Assembly: GCA_039586365.1 (NCBI GenBank)
Contig: JBDHKN010000026.1
Location: 1 to 64,000 of the forward strand
Reading direction: 5' to 3'
Length of the DNA stretch: 64,000 nucleotides
DNA from: Gemmatimonadota bacterium
GTDB taxonomy: Bacteria > Gemmatimonadota > Gemmatimonadetes > Gemmatimonadales > GWC2-71-9
The position numbers were made by a program, and so were the translations under genes. A model generated the notes under the pieces. The model saw only the letters and a list, made by a program, of their open reading frames with translations, did not search any database and was not told the DNA's origin. Shown here in pieces: positions 39,950-49,287 of this stretch. Within the stretch, counting starts at the first letter, position 1; every line of letters starts with the position of its first letter.

Positions 39950-40193
39950 TTAGGGCATCGACAATACCTCCTGGTAGAAGTTGATGTCGCTGCGGCAAGC
40001 GAGCAGCCTGGCTGGCTGGAGGAGCCACACCTCATGAGGCTTGACCGGTCGATTGAGTTCGGACCGCAGTTTTGGCAGAATATGGCTGTGGGTTGATAGC
40101 AGACTCGTTTGCGGAGCGGAATACGAGTGCTGGCCTATCCCTGGAGTGGGAGTTGGACGGCAACGGGCTTGTGGTTAGTTTTTCTCCGCTCAC

Positions 40194-40267
40194 GCCCCTG
40201 TAGCTCAGTTGGATAGAGCAGCGGTTTCCTAAACCGTTGGCCGGGTGTTCGAGTCACCCCAGGGGCA
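40194..40267 (+). tRNA. tRNA-Arg(CCT), CCA not encoded
   Basis: Cloverleaf: acceptor GCCCCTG/CAGGGGC, anticodon arm GCGGT-TTCCTAA-ACCGT, T-loop TTCGAGT. Upstream TTGGAC-N17-TAGTTT. Confidence 0.97.
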
Positions 40268-40342
40268 TTTGGAGGTGTCGAGCGGCCCGGACACGATTTT
40301 TCTCCATTAGTACGCAATGGAAGAAGGTTGAGAAGGACGAAC

Positions 40343-41053
40343 GTGGCCAAGAAACAGCAGGTACAGAAAAGTCAGGCTCCGAAGAGTCAGGCTCCGATTC
40401 ATACCGAGGAGCGAGATCCCGTAGTCAAGGCTCTCGACTGGATAAAAGGCCACCGGAATCCACTAGCGGCGGGCGCGGCCATCTTTGTCGTGGTCGCAGC
40501 TTCGGTTTGGTTCATGGTAGCCGCGCAGCAGAGAAAAGAAGCGTTTGCCGCGGCCGCACTATCGAATGCCCGAGCGATAGCTGAGGCAGGCAACCTGGCC
40601 CTGGCGGCTAGCGATCTCTCTCAGTTGGCCCGCACGTACGGCGGTACCGCGGCCGGTGAGGAAGCTGTGATTCTGTTGGGACAGATTCGTCTCTCAGAGG
40701 GTCAGAGTGAGAGTGCGATCGAGGAGCTCAACAGCTTCATCGAGTCCGGTCCAAGTGACCAGTTCAGGGCTGCCGCTTATGCCTTGCTGGGGAATTCGCT
40801 CGATCAGGCAGGTCGCTATGCCGAAGCGGCCGATGCCTTTCGAACTGCTGCCACCGCGGCGTGGTACGACTTCCTACGCGCTGAGTACCTTATCGAAGCG
40901 GCTCGCGTTTCAGAGTTGGCCGGAGACACTTCAGCAGCAGTTGCCACATATGAGGACGTAATCCGGAATTTCTCCGACGAAGCCGAGTCTGTGACCGAAG
41001 CGCGTGTCCGTCTGGCAGAACTCCGTCCGGGGCAGAGCGCGATAGGCAGTTAG
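40343..41053 (+). CDS. YfgM-like membrane-anchored TPR protein
   Basis: Basic N-terminus, single TM helix, periplasmic TPR helices. AAGGA SD before GTG 40343. Confidence 0.75.
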   Translation: MAKKQQVQKSQAPKSQAPIHTEERDPVVKALDWIKGHRNPLAAGAAIFVVVAASVWFMVAAQQRKEAFAAAALSNARAIAEAGNLALAASDLSQLARTYGGTAAGEEAVILLGQIRLSEGQSESAIEELNSFIESGPSDQFRAAAYALLGNSLDQAGRYAEAADAFRTAATAAWYDFLRAEYLIEAARVSELAGDTSAAVATYEDVIRNFSDEAESVTEARVRLAELRPGQSAIGS

Positions 41054-41059
41054 TGGTCG

Positions 41060-41120
41060 GGGAGCCGGCAGCGGGTAGCGCACCTGCCCGCCTCTCAGGT
41101 CTGCGGTTTCGGCTCCCTTT
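41060..41120 (+). terminator. Possible extended terminator hairpin
   Basis: GGGAGCCG/CGGCTCCC-TTT with inner CGGGTAG/CTGCCCG stem. Confidence 0.4.
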
Positions 41121-41225
41121 GTTGATATCTTAACAACTCCCTGGTCGCCACTCAGAGCGCTGCCGCATCGGCCGTCTGTATGCCGAAAACACCTGATTTT
41201 GACCCCCTGCTGCGGTTTCCGACCA

Positions 41226-41253
41226 ACTGCGTATAAGATATGTTATGTTAAGT
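41226..41253 (+). other. dif: dif chromosome dimer resolution site (XerC/XerD)
   Basis: ACTGCGTATAA-GATATG-TTATGTTAAGT against E. coli GGTGCGCATAA-TGTATA-TTATGTTAAAT. Located where gene orientation converges. Confidence 0.9.
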
Positions 41254-41442
41254 TGGCCGGGCTAACCGTGTGGACAAGTGTTGAAGCCCTGTTTGCCTCC
41301 CCCGCGCAAGCTGTTGTGAGATAGATACTTACTGTGCCCAACACAGTTTCGTGTAACCTTCGGAGTGAGACCGTGGCGAGCTACAGTGATAGTTACAAAT
41401 GAGGTGAGGTCCTTCAGCTCAAGTGCTTGATAGGAAATACGG

Positions 41443-42288
41443 TTAGAACATGCGCTCTGGGAGGATGATTGCACGAAGCACCAGCCGGCCCTCGCCAATT
41501 AGGCAAGGTTGCTGGATCGCCCCTGCCGCCGTGACAGTTCCCGTCACCGTGAGAACGCGCCGCGACGACGTGCGTACGGTCCAAGGGATTGTCGTAACAT
41601 GGCCCGACGCCACAAGGGCGGCAGCGCAGGCTACGGCCCCCGTTCCGCAAGCGAGTGTCTCTGCCTCGACCCCTCGCTCATAGGTCCGCATCGCCCAATC
41701 GGATCCTGCCGGCGACACGAAATTGACATTGGCTCCCAGCGGCGCGACCGCCGCATGATTGCGTAGCTGCCTGCCCCGCCGCTCTACGTCAATGGCCGCC
41801 ACGTCTGCAACCAGCAGAACCAAGTGGGGCACACCAACGGTCGTGAAGTGAACCGAGTGCTCACCTTCGCGTCGTTCGATGCCGACCGGGCTGCTCAGCT
41901 CGGGCGTGATCCCCAGCTTCAGCTCTGAGCGCTGTTCCGGACCCGGCAGCGCTCTCGTGAGCATCTCTCCGGCGTCCGTCTCGAGCACCATTTCATCAGC
42001 ACAAACCAGCTCGAGCCAGCGAGCCAAGCGAGTGGCACATAGTGTTCCATTCCCGCACATGGGCGCCCTGCAGCCGTCACTATTGAAGAAGTGGAACCGA
42101 ACATGATTCGAAGGGCCCCCCGGCTCGAGTATCGCGAATCCGTCCGCTCCCAAACCGTTCCTGCGGTCACAGATCTCACGGATGCGAACGGCGTCCCACG
42201 TTTCCGGCGGGTTTGAGCGACCGTCTGCGAACACGAAATCGTTGCCCGAGCCCGTCATCTTGTAGAGGACGACGCCACCAACGTCCAT
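41443..42288 (-). CDS. dapF: Diaminopimelate epimerase
   Basis: KMTGSGNDF, MCGNG, GVPH and RTYERGVEAETLACGTG motifs. TGATG overlap with the upstream gene. Confidence 0.94.
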   Translation of the reverse strand: MDVGGVVLYKMTGSGNDFVFADGRSNPPETWDAVRIREICDRRNGLGADGFAILEPGGPSNHVRFHFFNSDGCRAPMCGNGTLCATRLARWLELVCADEMVLETDAGEMLTRALPGPEQRSELKLGITPELSSPVGIERREGEHSVHFTTVGVPHLVLLVADVAAIDVERRGRQLRNHAAVAPLGANVNFVSPAGSDWAMRTYERGVEAETLACGTGAVACAAALVASGHVTTIPWTVRTSSRRVLTVTGTVTAAGAIQQPCLIGEGRLVLRAIILPERMF

Positions 42289-43010
42289 CACAGCCGCCCT
42301 GCCAACGCCTGCAGCCGTAGACGCCAAACCATCCAGATGGCTTCTCGCACAATTGCTCCGGACATCTTGCTCTCGCCTTCGGCTCGATCGACGAACAGGA
42401 CGGGAATCTCTCGGATCCGGAATCCCTTGCGTTTGGCCCTGAAGCTCATTTCAATCTGAAACGAATATCCATTGGACCTGACGGCATCCAAGTCGATGGC
42501 CTCCAACACCTTGCGCCTAAAGCACTTGAAGCCCCCGGTGGCGTCCCACAGTCGATGCCCTGTGACGATCCGGGCATAGATGTTCGCTGCGTAGCTGAGT
42601 AGCAGCCGACCCATGGGCCAGTTGACTACCGTTACTCGCCCCTCCAAATAGCGCGAGCCCAGCACCAGGTCGGCCTCGCCAATTGCCGCAAGGAACTCCG
42701 GAAGATGCTTCGGATCGTGCGAATGGTCGGCATCCATTTCGAAGATGTAGTCGTAGTCCCGGTCCAGAGCCCAGCGAAAACCTGACAAATAGGCCGTGCC
42801 CAGCCCCAGCTTGACCTCTCGATGGATTACCTTGATGCGCGGCTGCTGGCGCGCCATTTCGTCGGCCAGCGCACCAGTGCCATCCGGTGAATTGTCGTCT
42901 ACGACGAGTACGTCAATCCTCTCATCTTGAGCCAGAACCTCAGGCACAATCTGCCCCAGATTACTGGCCTCATTGTATGTGGGGATGACCACGAGGGCCT
43001 TCTCAGGCAT
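42288..43010 (-). CDS. Polyprenol-monophosphomannose synthase-like GT2 (Ppm1/DPM1 family)
   Basis: IPTYNE, VDDNSPDGT, GLGTAY, EMDADHSHDP, DATGGFKC and GYSFQIE motifs. GGAG SD before ATG 43010. Confidence 0.88.
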   Translation of the reverse strand: MPEKALVVIPTYNEASNLGQIVPEVLAQDERIDVLVVDDNSPDGTGALADEMARQQPRIKVIHREVKLGLGTAYLSGFRWALDRDYDYIFEMDADHSHDPKHLPEFLAAIGEADLVLGSRYLEGRVTVVNWPMGRLLLSYAANIYARIVTGHRLWDATGGFKCFRRKVLEAIDLDAVRSNGYSFQIEMSFRAKRKGFRIREIPVLFVDRAEGESKMSGAIVREAIWMVWRLRLQALAGRL

Positions 43011-45411
43011 TGCTCCTCCGACGGGCAAGAGGCGGCAGCACCAGACCCAGACAGACCAGCAGTACGCCTGCCAGAGTGACCGTCCTGCCCACGTGGTAGT
43101 CCCGGCTATCGAACCATAGCTCGACGTCGCGCGCTCCTGCCGACACGGGAATCGTGAGCATCGAGACATTGCCGCGGATCACTTCAACAGGGACTCCGTC
43201 TACCGCTGCTTGCCAGTCCGGATACCAGTTCTCGGCGATCACTAGATACGCCTCCTGATCAGCTGGCGGCTCGATCCGCAGCCTCATCCGGCCCGTTTCC
43301 CACGAGTCAAACGTCACCGAGTTGTCCAGCGCTTCGTAGACTCCCGAAAGCGGTGGGGGTTCGAGGTTGGCAGCGGGATCGAGCAGCACGAACAGGTCAG
43401 CCGAGAACCGCGGATCAATCACGGTGACGATGGCTTGATCGTCGGGCGCCTTCACGGCGGCCGGCAGCAAGCGAGCATAGCTGGCAGGCTCCCGTCGGCT
43501 ATACAGGTCGACCGTTCCTCCGGCGGAGCTCGTGACTCCGCTCAGGGCCGGCTGGTACCGCTCCGCGAATCCGGCCAGTGCCTGCCCGATGTCAAACCCG
43601 CTCGGCACGATCACATGCTCGATAGCGTAAAGGTCCCACAGTGCAATGCTGCCTAAAACATTGCGCCACTGGTTCTTACCACCCATCAGCTCATCGAACC
43701 GATGAAGTTCCATTCCGTGGTGGCCCAGCAGCTGCGGAATATCGTGGGCCATCAGACTCGACCCCGGATAGTTGCCCCCGGTCTCTGCCAAGTTCAGGAT
43801 CCTGTAGGGCTGAGGCGTGGCTTGAATCTGTCGGATAACCTCGTCCGGGGCATGTAGTTCGTGCTGCACTCGACTGAACACCCAAAAGTTTCGCGAGTTG
43901 CGCCACAGGTCCCCGCTCACGATCAGCGCCAGCCCGAGACTCACGACTGAAACAGCCCTCAGGTGCCCCCTCAGCCATGCCCACGCTAGCACCCCCAGGA
44001 GCAGCAGCGCGCCCCCACTGCCAATCGCGCCCGCCATGATGGCAGATCCCGACCCGGCAGCTACGCCGGCCACCGCCATGCCGTACTCCTGCTCTATTCC
44101 CTGCGCCAAGAACGTGGCAATCCCACCGAAGACACTGGCCAAGGCCAGGAGCACAACGAGTGCCCCGATGCCCAGCCAGGCAACCACGTGTCGATTCCCT
44201 TCCCTTCTCAGCAGCCGGTCGACCCCGAGCCCGGCGAACACGGCCATGATCAGAGCCACCACATAGAGCGCCATCCCGGGCGCCCGGGTTTGCTTCACGT
44301 AGGGCACGACAGCATACCAAAGACGATAAAACGGGGTTGACGAACCGAGTGTAACGAGCAGAAAGAGGACCCCGATTCCACCGAGCCACAGCACCAACCT
44401 CTTCCGGTCACGAGTTGCCGCTCCCAACACGGCCAGGGCGACCAGCGGGAGACCCAGATACTCTGAATGCAGTTTCAGACCATTCGAGCCCCAATACGTC
44501 CGGCTCCCGCTGTCTCCCACAAACCGGGATAGGAAGAACTCCGGTACATGCTCCCACGGAATTGCGAACGAGGTTGCGCCTTCAAAGCCGCGATAACTCT
44601 CCGCCCGCGGGGAATAGGGGATGTATTGCCAGAACGGCCACAGCTGGATCGCGCTAATCAGGAATCCTACCACCACTGCGGCGAACGCCAGGCATATGTC
44701 CGCAATGCGACTCTGAATCGACCTATCGCCAGACTCCCCGAACGTCAGGTAAAGGGTGAAAAAACCCGCCGCGATCAACATGTACTGGGTCATCTGCACT
44801 TGGGGGCTGAGCAGGGCTAGGCCCACGGTCAGCGACAGCAGCGCATACCCCTCAAGCTTGCGTTCACGGATTGCCAGGAGCAACGCCAGCAACGCCAGGG
44901 GCAGCAAAGTGGTGACGTACAGCTTGCCGTCGTGCCCCGGCTGGACATATGAACCGATTACCCCAGCCAGTTGGTATCCCAGCCCTCCTACCACGGCCCC
45001 GGTCCACGAGATTCCCAGCCGCTTCAGCAGGAGGTACGCGAAGAAGCCGGCCAGCACGTAGTGCACGGCGAATCCCAGGTCCATTGCGAACGCGGTGGGT
45101 AGTAACAGCCGAATCCAGGCGGTAGGATAGAAGATGTCACCGTGGGATCCGGCGATGTAGGGAAGCCCACCGAAAATGTAGCCGTTCCACTGTGGGATGT
45201 GGCCCAGCGCTCGCCAGTGCTCAGCCTGCCAGTGCCTCCACACGTAACCAGTTGCGTATTGGTCGCTGAGCGGGCCGGCTAGTAGTTGCCCAGTCCACAT
45301 CGGCAGCGAGAGAATCACGATCCAGAGCGTGCACAGCCCGAGCGCCGCCAGAGTGGGCCAGGGCGGCTCGAAGGACTGACCGTTCCCCGCATTGGTAGCA
45401 GTACTAGTCAC
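43003..45411 (-). CDS. YfhO family GT-C fold membrane glycosyltransferase
   Basis: PQWNGYIFGGLP, FYP, about 12 TM helices, periplasmic domain, C-terminal ENWYPDWQAAVDG typical of YfhO. Confidence 0.8.
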   Translation of the reverse strand: MTSTATNAGNGQSFEPPWPTLAALGLCTLWIVILSLPMWTGQLLAGPLSDQYATGYVWRHWQAEHWRALGHIPQWNGYIFGGLPYIAGSHGDIFYPTAWIRLLLPTAFAMDLGFAVHYVLAGFFAYLLLKRLGISWTGAVVGGLGYQLAGVIGSYVQPGHDGKLYVTTLLPLALLALLLAIRERKLEGYALLSLTVGLALLSPQVQMTQYMLIAAGFFTLYLTFGESGDRSIQSRIADICLAFAAVVVGFLISAIQLWPFWQYIPYSPRAESYRGFEGATSFAIPWEHVPEFFLSRFVGDSGSRTYWGSNGLKLHSEYLGLPLVALAVLGAATRDRKRLVLWLGGIGVLFLLVTLGSSTPFYRLWYAVVPYVKQTRAPGMALYVVALIMAVFAGLGVDRLLRREGNRHVVAWLGIGALVVLLALASVFGGIATFLAQGIEQEYGMAVAGVAAGSGSAIMAGAIGSGGALLLLGVLAWAWLRGHLRAVSVVSLGLALIVSGDLWRNSRNFWVFSRVQHELHAPDEVIRQIQATPQPYRILNLAETGGNYPGSSLMAHDIPQLLGHHGMELHRFDELMGGKNQWRNVLGSIALWDLYAIEHVIVPSGFDIGQALAGFAERYQPALSGVTSSAGGTVDLYSRREPASYARLLPAAVKAPDDQAIVTVIDPRFSADLFVLLDPAANLEPPPLSGVYEALDNSVTFDSWETGRMRLRIEPPADQEAYLVIAENWYPDWQAAVDGVPVEVIRGNVSMLTIPVSAGARDVELWFDSRDYHVGRTVTLAGVLLVCLGLVLPPLARRRSNA

Positions 45412-46373
45412 GGTACCTCATCAGGTGATGAGATGGACGATGCGACAGACGGTGATCTTCCGCAACCGAGCAGAAAGGGAGCTGCTGCCGCGAGTTCCGC
45501 AGCCGTCCACAACAACCTCGAGGCAATGGCCAATGCCGCTGCCAAACGGGCACCCACCAATCCTGTGAGCATCAGCACCATCACACCCTCACGGGCTCCC
45601 AACCCGGCAGGAGCCACGGCGACGAGGAACCCTACTATGTAGGCGCTACTGAAGATGCCAACCGCCTGCAGTAAACTCATTCCTGCACCAGGGGCCAGTC
45701 CTTCTGCCAATAGCAGGAACGCGATGCCGTAGCCGACCCAGGCTACCAGATTCGCTCCTAAAGCGGCCAGCATTACGTGGGGTGGTACAATGCTAAGCTG
45801 GGGAATCCGGCTGGGAGAGAGCCTATGGAGCCAGTTCAGAGCGGGCTGCCAGGTGAGTGAGAGAGCAGCGGTCACCGCGAGCGCGCCAACCATGAAAACG
45901 CCCAACATTCCTCCAACCCCGATCGTCTCCCTCAGGCCTGCACTGGCGGTGCCGGCAACCACGAGCACCCCACTGCTGAGAGCCAACGCCTGGAGCACTA
46001 GGGCTGCTGCCACGGCGGCAGCAGCCTGCACGCCGGCCTGGCGCGCCAGAGCCGCGGCGCCCACGACCGCCCAAACTTTCCCAGGTACGTACTTGCCTAG
46101 GCTGGCCAGTAGCCAAATGCGTGCTGCCCTTAGGAACGGCAGCGTCTCACCGTAGGCTACCACGACCCGTCGCCAGCCCTCTATGAGAACCGCAAATGAT
46201 CCGAGCACCACCATGAGACTGCCAAGTACTGCCGGAACTGACAGATCGAAGTCCACTTGCTGCGCCCGCAGGTCCGACCAATTGGTCACCAGCGAGCGAA
46301 CAGCCAGCACAACGACGACCACAGCGATCGTGGCCTGCAGGGCCCTCCAAGCGGTGCGCCGTACCACGGTCAT
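45408..46373 (-). CDS. UPF0104 / lysylphosphatidylglycerol-synthase TM domain protein (flippase-like)
   Basis: LGKYVPGKVW, APAGLGAREG and SRL motifs; multi-TM. Confidence 0.8.
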   Translation of the reverse strand: MTVVRRTAWRALQATIAVVVVVLAVRSLVTNWSDLRAQQVDFDLSVPAVLGSLMVVLGSFAVLIEGWRRVVVAYGETLPFLRAARIWLLASLGKYVPGKVWAVVGAAALARQAGVQAAAAVAAALVLQALALSSGVLVVAGTASAGLRETIGVGGMLGVFMVGALAVTAALSLTWQPALNWLHRLSPSRIPQLSIVPPHVMLAALGANLVAWVGYGIAFLLLAEGLAPGAGMSLLQAVGIFSSAYIVGFLVAVAPAGLGAREGVMVLMLTGLVGARLAAALAIASRLLWTAAELAAAAPFLLGCGRSPSVASSISSPDEVP

Positions 46374-47833
46374 GAGCGTTTGGCGGGCCACGACAGCTCG
46401 AGCACCGGTCGCCCAGCGCCATCCTCCAACACGAGCGGTGACCCATGTGCCGTGTCCGCCGAGAGCTCGAGTCGTCCGTCCTCCGATACCGTCGTGGCAC
46501 ATACGCTGCGCCGCGCGACCCTCCACGAGACCAGCTCGGCGAGTGGCGCCGCAAAGGCACCTTGCGACATCACGTTGCGCACCATGTCACTCAGCGCTGC
46601 GAACGCGCCCGGGAATCCCAGCGGTGCCGTCAGGTTGGGGTGCCACAGGCCTACCCAAAGCCCCTCCTGAGCCCTGGCAGTATGCACCAGATCCAGCCCG
46701 TCCCGAGCCCAGGCCAGCGGATCCTCTTCCTTGGCGTACTTGCTGAGAGCGCGGTCCATCCAGGCGAGCGGTACCTCCTCCAGGGCGGCTGCCACACCGT
46801 ATTGCGCATCCCAGCCGGGCACCGTGTCTGACAACCCCAAGCGAAAACCGTTGCGGTCCGAGAAGCCGTATGTGGCATCGTAGCTGAAACCGGCCGCCGT
46901 CATCAGTCTGTTGGTATGACCCGGCCGCATCCGCAGAAAGTGCTGGCGGATTCCGGTCACCGGCTGCCCCGTAACCTGCTCGAGCCGAGCCCGCTCCGCC
47001 GCCATGAGATCGCCATCGACCATGGTGGCGAAGCTCCCGTGCAAAGCCACCTCGTGATCGTGTCCCCTTAACAGTTCGATTATGCGGCGTGCGCGACGAC
47101 TTTCCGGCCGATAGGTGACGTCGCCCTTGAGCAGAGTTGCCGCCGTGGGGACTCCCGCCATCACGAACCAAGTCGACCTCACTCCCAACTCGTGCTCGAG
47201 GGCCAGAATCCACCTTACGCCGGCCAACACCGGATCGCCTCTTACTGCCTTCATGGATTCTCGCAGCACCCCGGCCGCACCGGATACGTTGCCGCGAGCC
47301 AGCAGCTCCGTCAGCCGCAGTCCTGTGAACAAAGGCCACAGCGAGACGACGTCCACATCGTGCGTGAATCCGACGGCCCAGCGCTTACCGGCCGGCCACG
47401 GGGCCAGACAGCGAAACACCCTGCGACCCGCCGCCGCCTGGACCACCAACCGGAAGGCAGCCGCAACCAGTGAGACCACCGGGGTGCGTTCGAGGCCGGC
47501 CTGCACTAGGGGATTCTCGCTGGCCGGTACGCGGCCATGTTTGTCCCTTGCGGCGGAGGATTGCTCGGCCGCCGCCGTGGCCAAGTCGGCTGTGGTCTCG
47601 AGCAATGAACGCTGGACTGTAACGATTGCATCGCGTTGACCAAACAACGAATCCGGGTTCCGCAGCTCGTCAGGCGCCAAGCCGCTGCGCTCGTCCGGCT
47701 CGATTTCCAGTCGGACCACGTCGGCGGTAGGGTCGTCCACGGGAAGGAGCCGGGAAAGATCGACCAGCAGGCCCAGCCCGAATCTCTGTTTGGGATCCAG
47801 GCGTTCGGTCACCGATCGCGCTACGTGAATCAC
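46370..47833 (-). CDS. Polysaccharide deacetylase-like (NodB/CE4 fold) protein
   Basis: FTHDVD, HEVALHGS, RQHFLR, YDAT.G..GFR and LWHP motifs. GTG 47833 start inferred. Confidence 0.75.
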   Translation of the reverse strand: MIHVARSVTERLDPKQRFGLGLLVDLSRLLPVDDPTADVVRLEIEPDERSGLAPDELRNPDSLFGQRDAIVTVQRSLLETTADLATAAAEQSSAARDKHGRVPASENPLVQAGLERTPVVSLVAAAFRLVVQAAAGRRVFRCLAPWPAGKRWAVGFTHDVDVVSLWPLFTGLRLTELLARGNVSGAAGVLRESMKAVRGDPVLAGVRWILALEHELGVRSTWFVMAGVPTAATLLKGDVTYRPESRRARRIIELLRGHDHEVALHGSFATMVDGDLMAAERARLEQVTGQPVTGIRQHFLRMRPGHTNRLMTAAGFSYDATYGFSDRNGFRLGLSDTVPGWDAQYGVAAALEEVPLAWMDRALSKYAKEEDPLAWARDGLDLVHTARAQEGLWVGLWHPNLTAPLGFPGAFAALSDMVRNVMSQGAFAAPLAELVSWRVARRSVCATTVSEDGRLELSADTAHGSPLVLEDGAGRPVLELSWPAKRS

Positions 47834-48236
47834 GACCAGCCGGTGCCACGTCCTTGTGCACCACGCTGTGGGCACCTACAACAGCACCGCGCCCCACCGT
47901 GACCCCGGGCAACACCGTGACGCCAACGCCGAGCCAAGCATCGGCTTCGATCACGATGCGGCCATGTTGGACCGGAGCGACTTGGCGGATCAACGAGTTG
48001 TTAGGATGCGAAGAGGTCACCAGTGTTACGTGTGGCGCAATGCTCACCCGATCACCGATCGCCAGATTCCCGCTGTCAGCGAGTTCCTCAACGACCAAGA
48101 AGTCGTCGGCTATGTAGACATCCCGCCCGATCTCGAACCCGCACCACCGCAGTAGCCGAACGCGCCAAGCTGGAAAGAATGCGTTTCGTGCCCAGCGTTT
48201 GAGCACCTTTTTTCGCAGCCGCCTCCAGAAGTGCAT
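47670..48236 (-). CDS. Hexapeptide-repeat O-acyltransferase (C-terminus apparently disrupted)
   Basis: IGDRVSIAPHV and AWLGVGVTVLPGVTVGRGAVVGAHSVVHKDV motifs. Similarity ends abruptly and the ORF runs 164 nt into the next gene. Confidence 0.7.
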   Translation of the reverse strand: MHFWRRLRKKVLKRWARNAFFPAWRVRLLRWCGFEIGRDVYIADDFLVVEELADSGNLAIGDRVSIAPHVTLVTSSHPNNSLIRQVAPVQHGRIVIEADAWLGVGVTVLPGVTVGRGAVVGAHSVVHKDVAPAGRDSRSAIGDRTPGSQTEIRAGPAGRSFPAPSRGRPYRRRGPTGNRAGRAQRLGA

Positions 48237-48240
48237 TATT

Positions 48241-49287
48241 TCACCCCAGATAACGGTACAGCCAGCTCCCAAGGGCGGTAATCCGCCACGGTATGCGCGA
48301 CCAAACCCGACCGCCAAGTGCCAGCAACCCCTGATCTCGTGCCGCGGTGTTCAATCCCGCAGCTCTCGGCCAATAATCATACGCCAGCGGAAGCGGCGCA
48401 CCGCCCCAGCGGAGCTTGAACTGCACCAGTCCTTGCTGCTCTGGCGCCGCCCTCCCCAGGTCGAACACGACACCCGCTTCCGCTGCCGTGCGCAACGCAA
48501 GCCACAAAACGGCGTGAACCGGCCGCAGCGACAGGTGCCTGCGCTCGGACGCACCGAATGCGTAGATCCACTCCCGCGTACCCTTCCAGATAACCACACC
48601 GGCGATCGCTCTCCCATCCACGCGACGTGCCAGGTAGAGCTCGGCCAGTCCATCGCGCTGCAGTTGCCGGCAGGTTCGGATGAAGAACGCGCTGGGTGGA
48701 GCTGGCAAGCCCAACCGCGCCGATGTCTGCTGCTGCAGCCGAGCCATGAGTCGCCAGGATTCCTCGGAATCCTCCTGCGAGGCGGCGACTCCCGACCGTT
48801 CTGCTTTGCGGATCCCTCTCCGTGTACTATCCGCGTGCAGCCGGTTCCAGACCGCGTCGGCTCCCCCCTCCGTAGCAACAACATATGTAGCATAGCGAAC
48901 TGACCGTTCAAACCCGGCCAAGCACGTCCCAGCTGTGTCGCGCCGCTTGATTTCCAGCCGCCGGATACCCCGCTCCAGCGCGATCTGTTGCGCCGCCACA
49001 CACAGGCGCTCAATCGCGGTATCGCCGTCGGCGAGCGGACCTGCCGCGTAGCTGAACGGCAGGCTCACCAGTCGCCGCGGCCCTAAGAGACCCGGTACCT
49101 CGGCCAGCGGCAAGATCCCCAGAGTCACACCGTCGCTCAGCGCCGTGAGGCAGTGGACCCTGTACCCAAACTGAGCGGAGATCGCTTCGAGCCAACGTGG
49201 GTCGTGGTAGAACAGGCCGCGACCGGATACGAATGATCGCCAGGAGTCGGGCGGCGCTGAGTCCCTAGTGACGTTGAGCGAGGTCAC
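48241..49287 (-). CDS. FemAB-like GNAT family protein
   Basis: LVSLPFSYAAG, TRRGIRKAERSG and FDLGR..GLVQFKLRWG motifs. Start approximate. Confidence 0.8.
   Translation of the reverse strand: MTSLNVTRDSAPPDSWRSFVSGRGLFYHDPRWLEAISAQFGYRVHCLTALSDGVTLGILPLAEVPGLLGPRRLVSLPFSYAAGPLADGDTAIERLCVAAQQIALERGIRRLEIKRRDTAGTCLAGFERSVRYATYVVATEGGADAVWNRLHADSTRRGIRKAERSGVAASQEDSEESWRLMARLQQQTSARLGLPAPPSAFFIRTCRQLQRDGLAELYLARRVDGRAIAGVVIWKGTREWIYAFGASERRHLSLRPVHAVLWLALRTAAEAGVVFDLGRAAPEQQGLVQFKLRWGGAPLPLAYDYWPRAAGLNTAARDQGLLALGGRVWSRIPWRITALGSWLYRYLG

Noticed and set aside
41054..41442. oriC interpretation (AT-rich gap, DnaA-box-like TGTGGACAA at 41269, perfect TTATCCACA at 39904)
   Set aside because: Only isolated boxes, one of them inside acyP coding sequence. 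Genes converge rather than diverge here, and a dif site is present.
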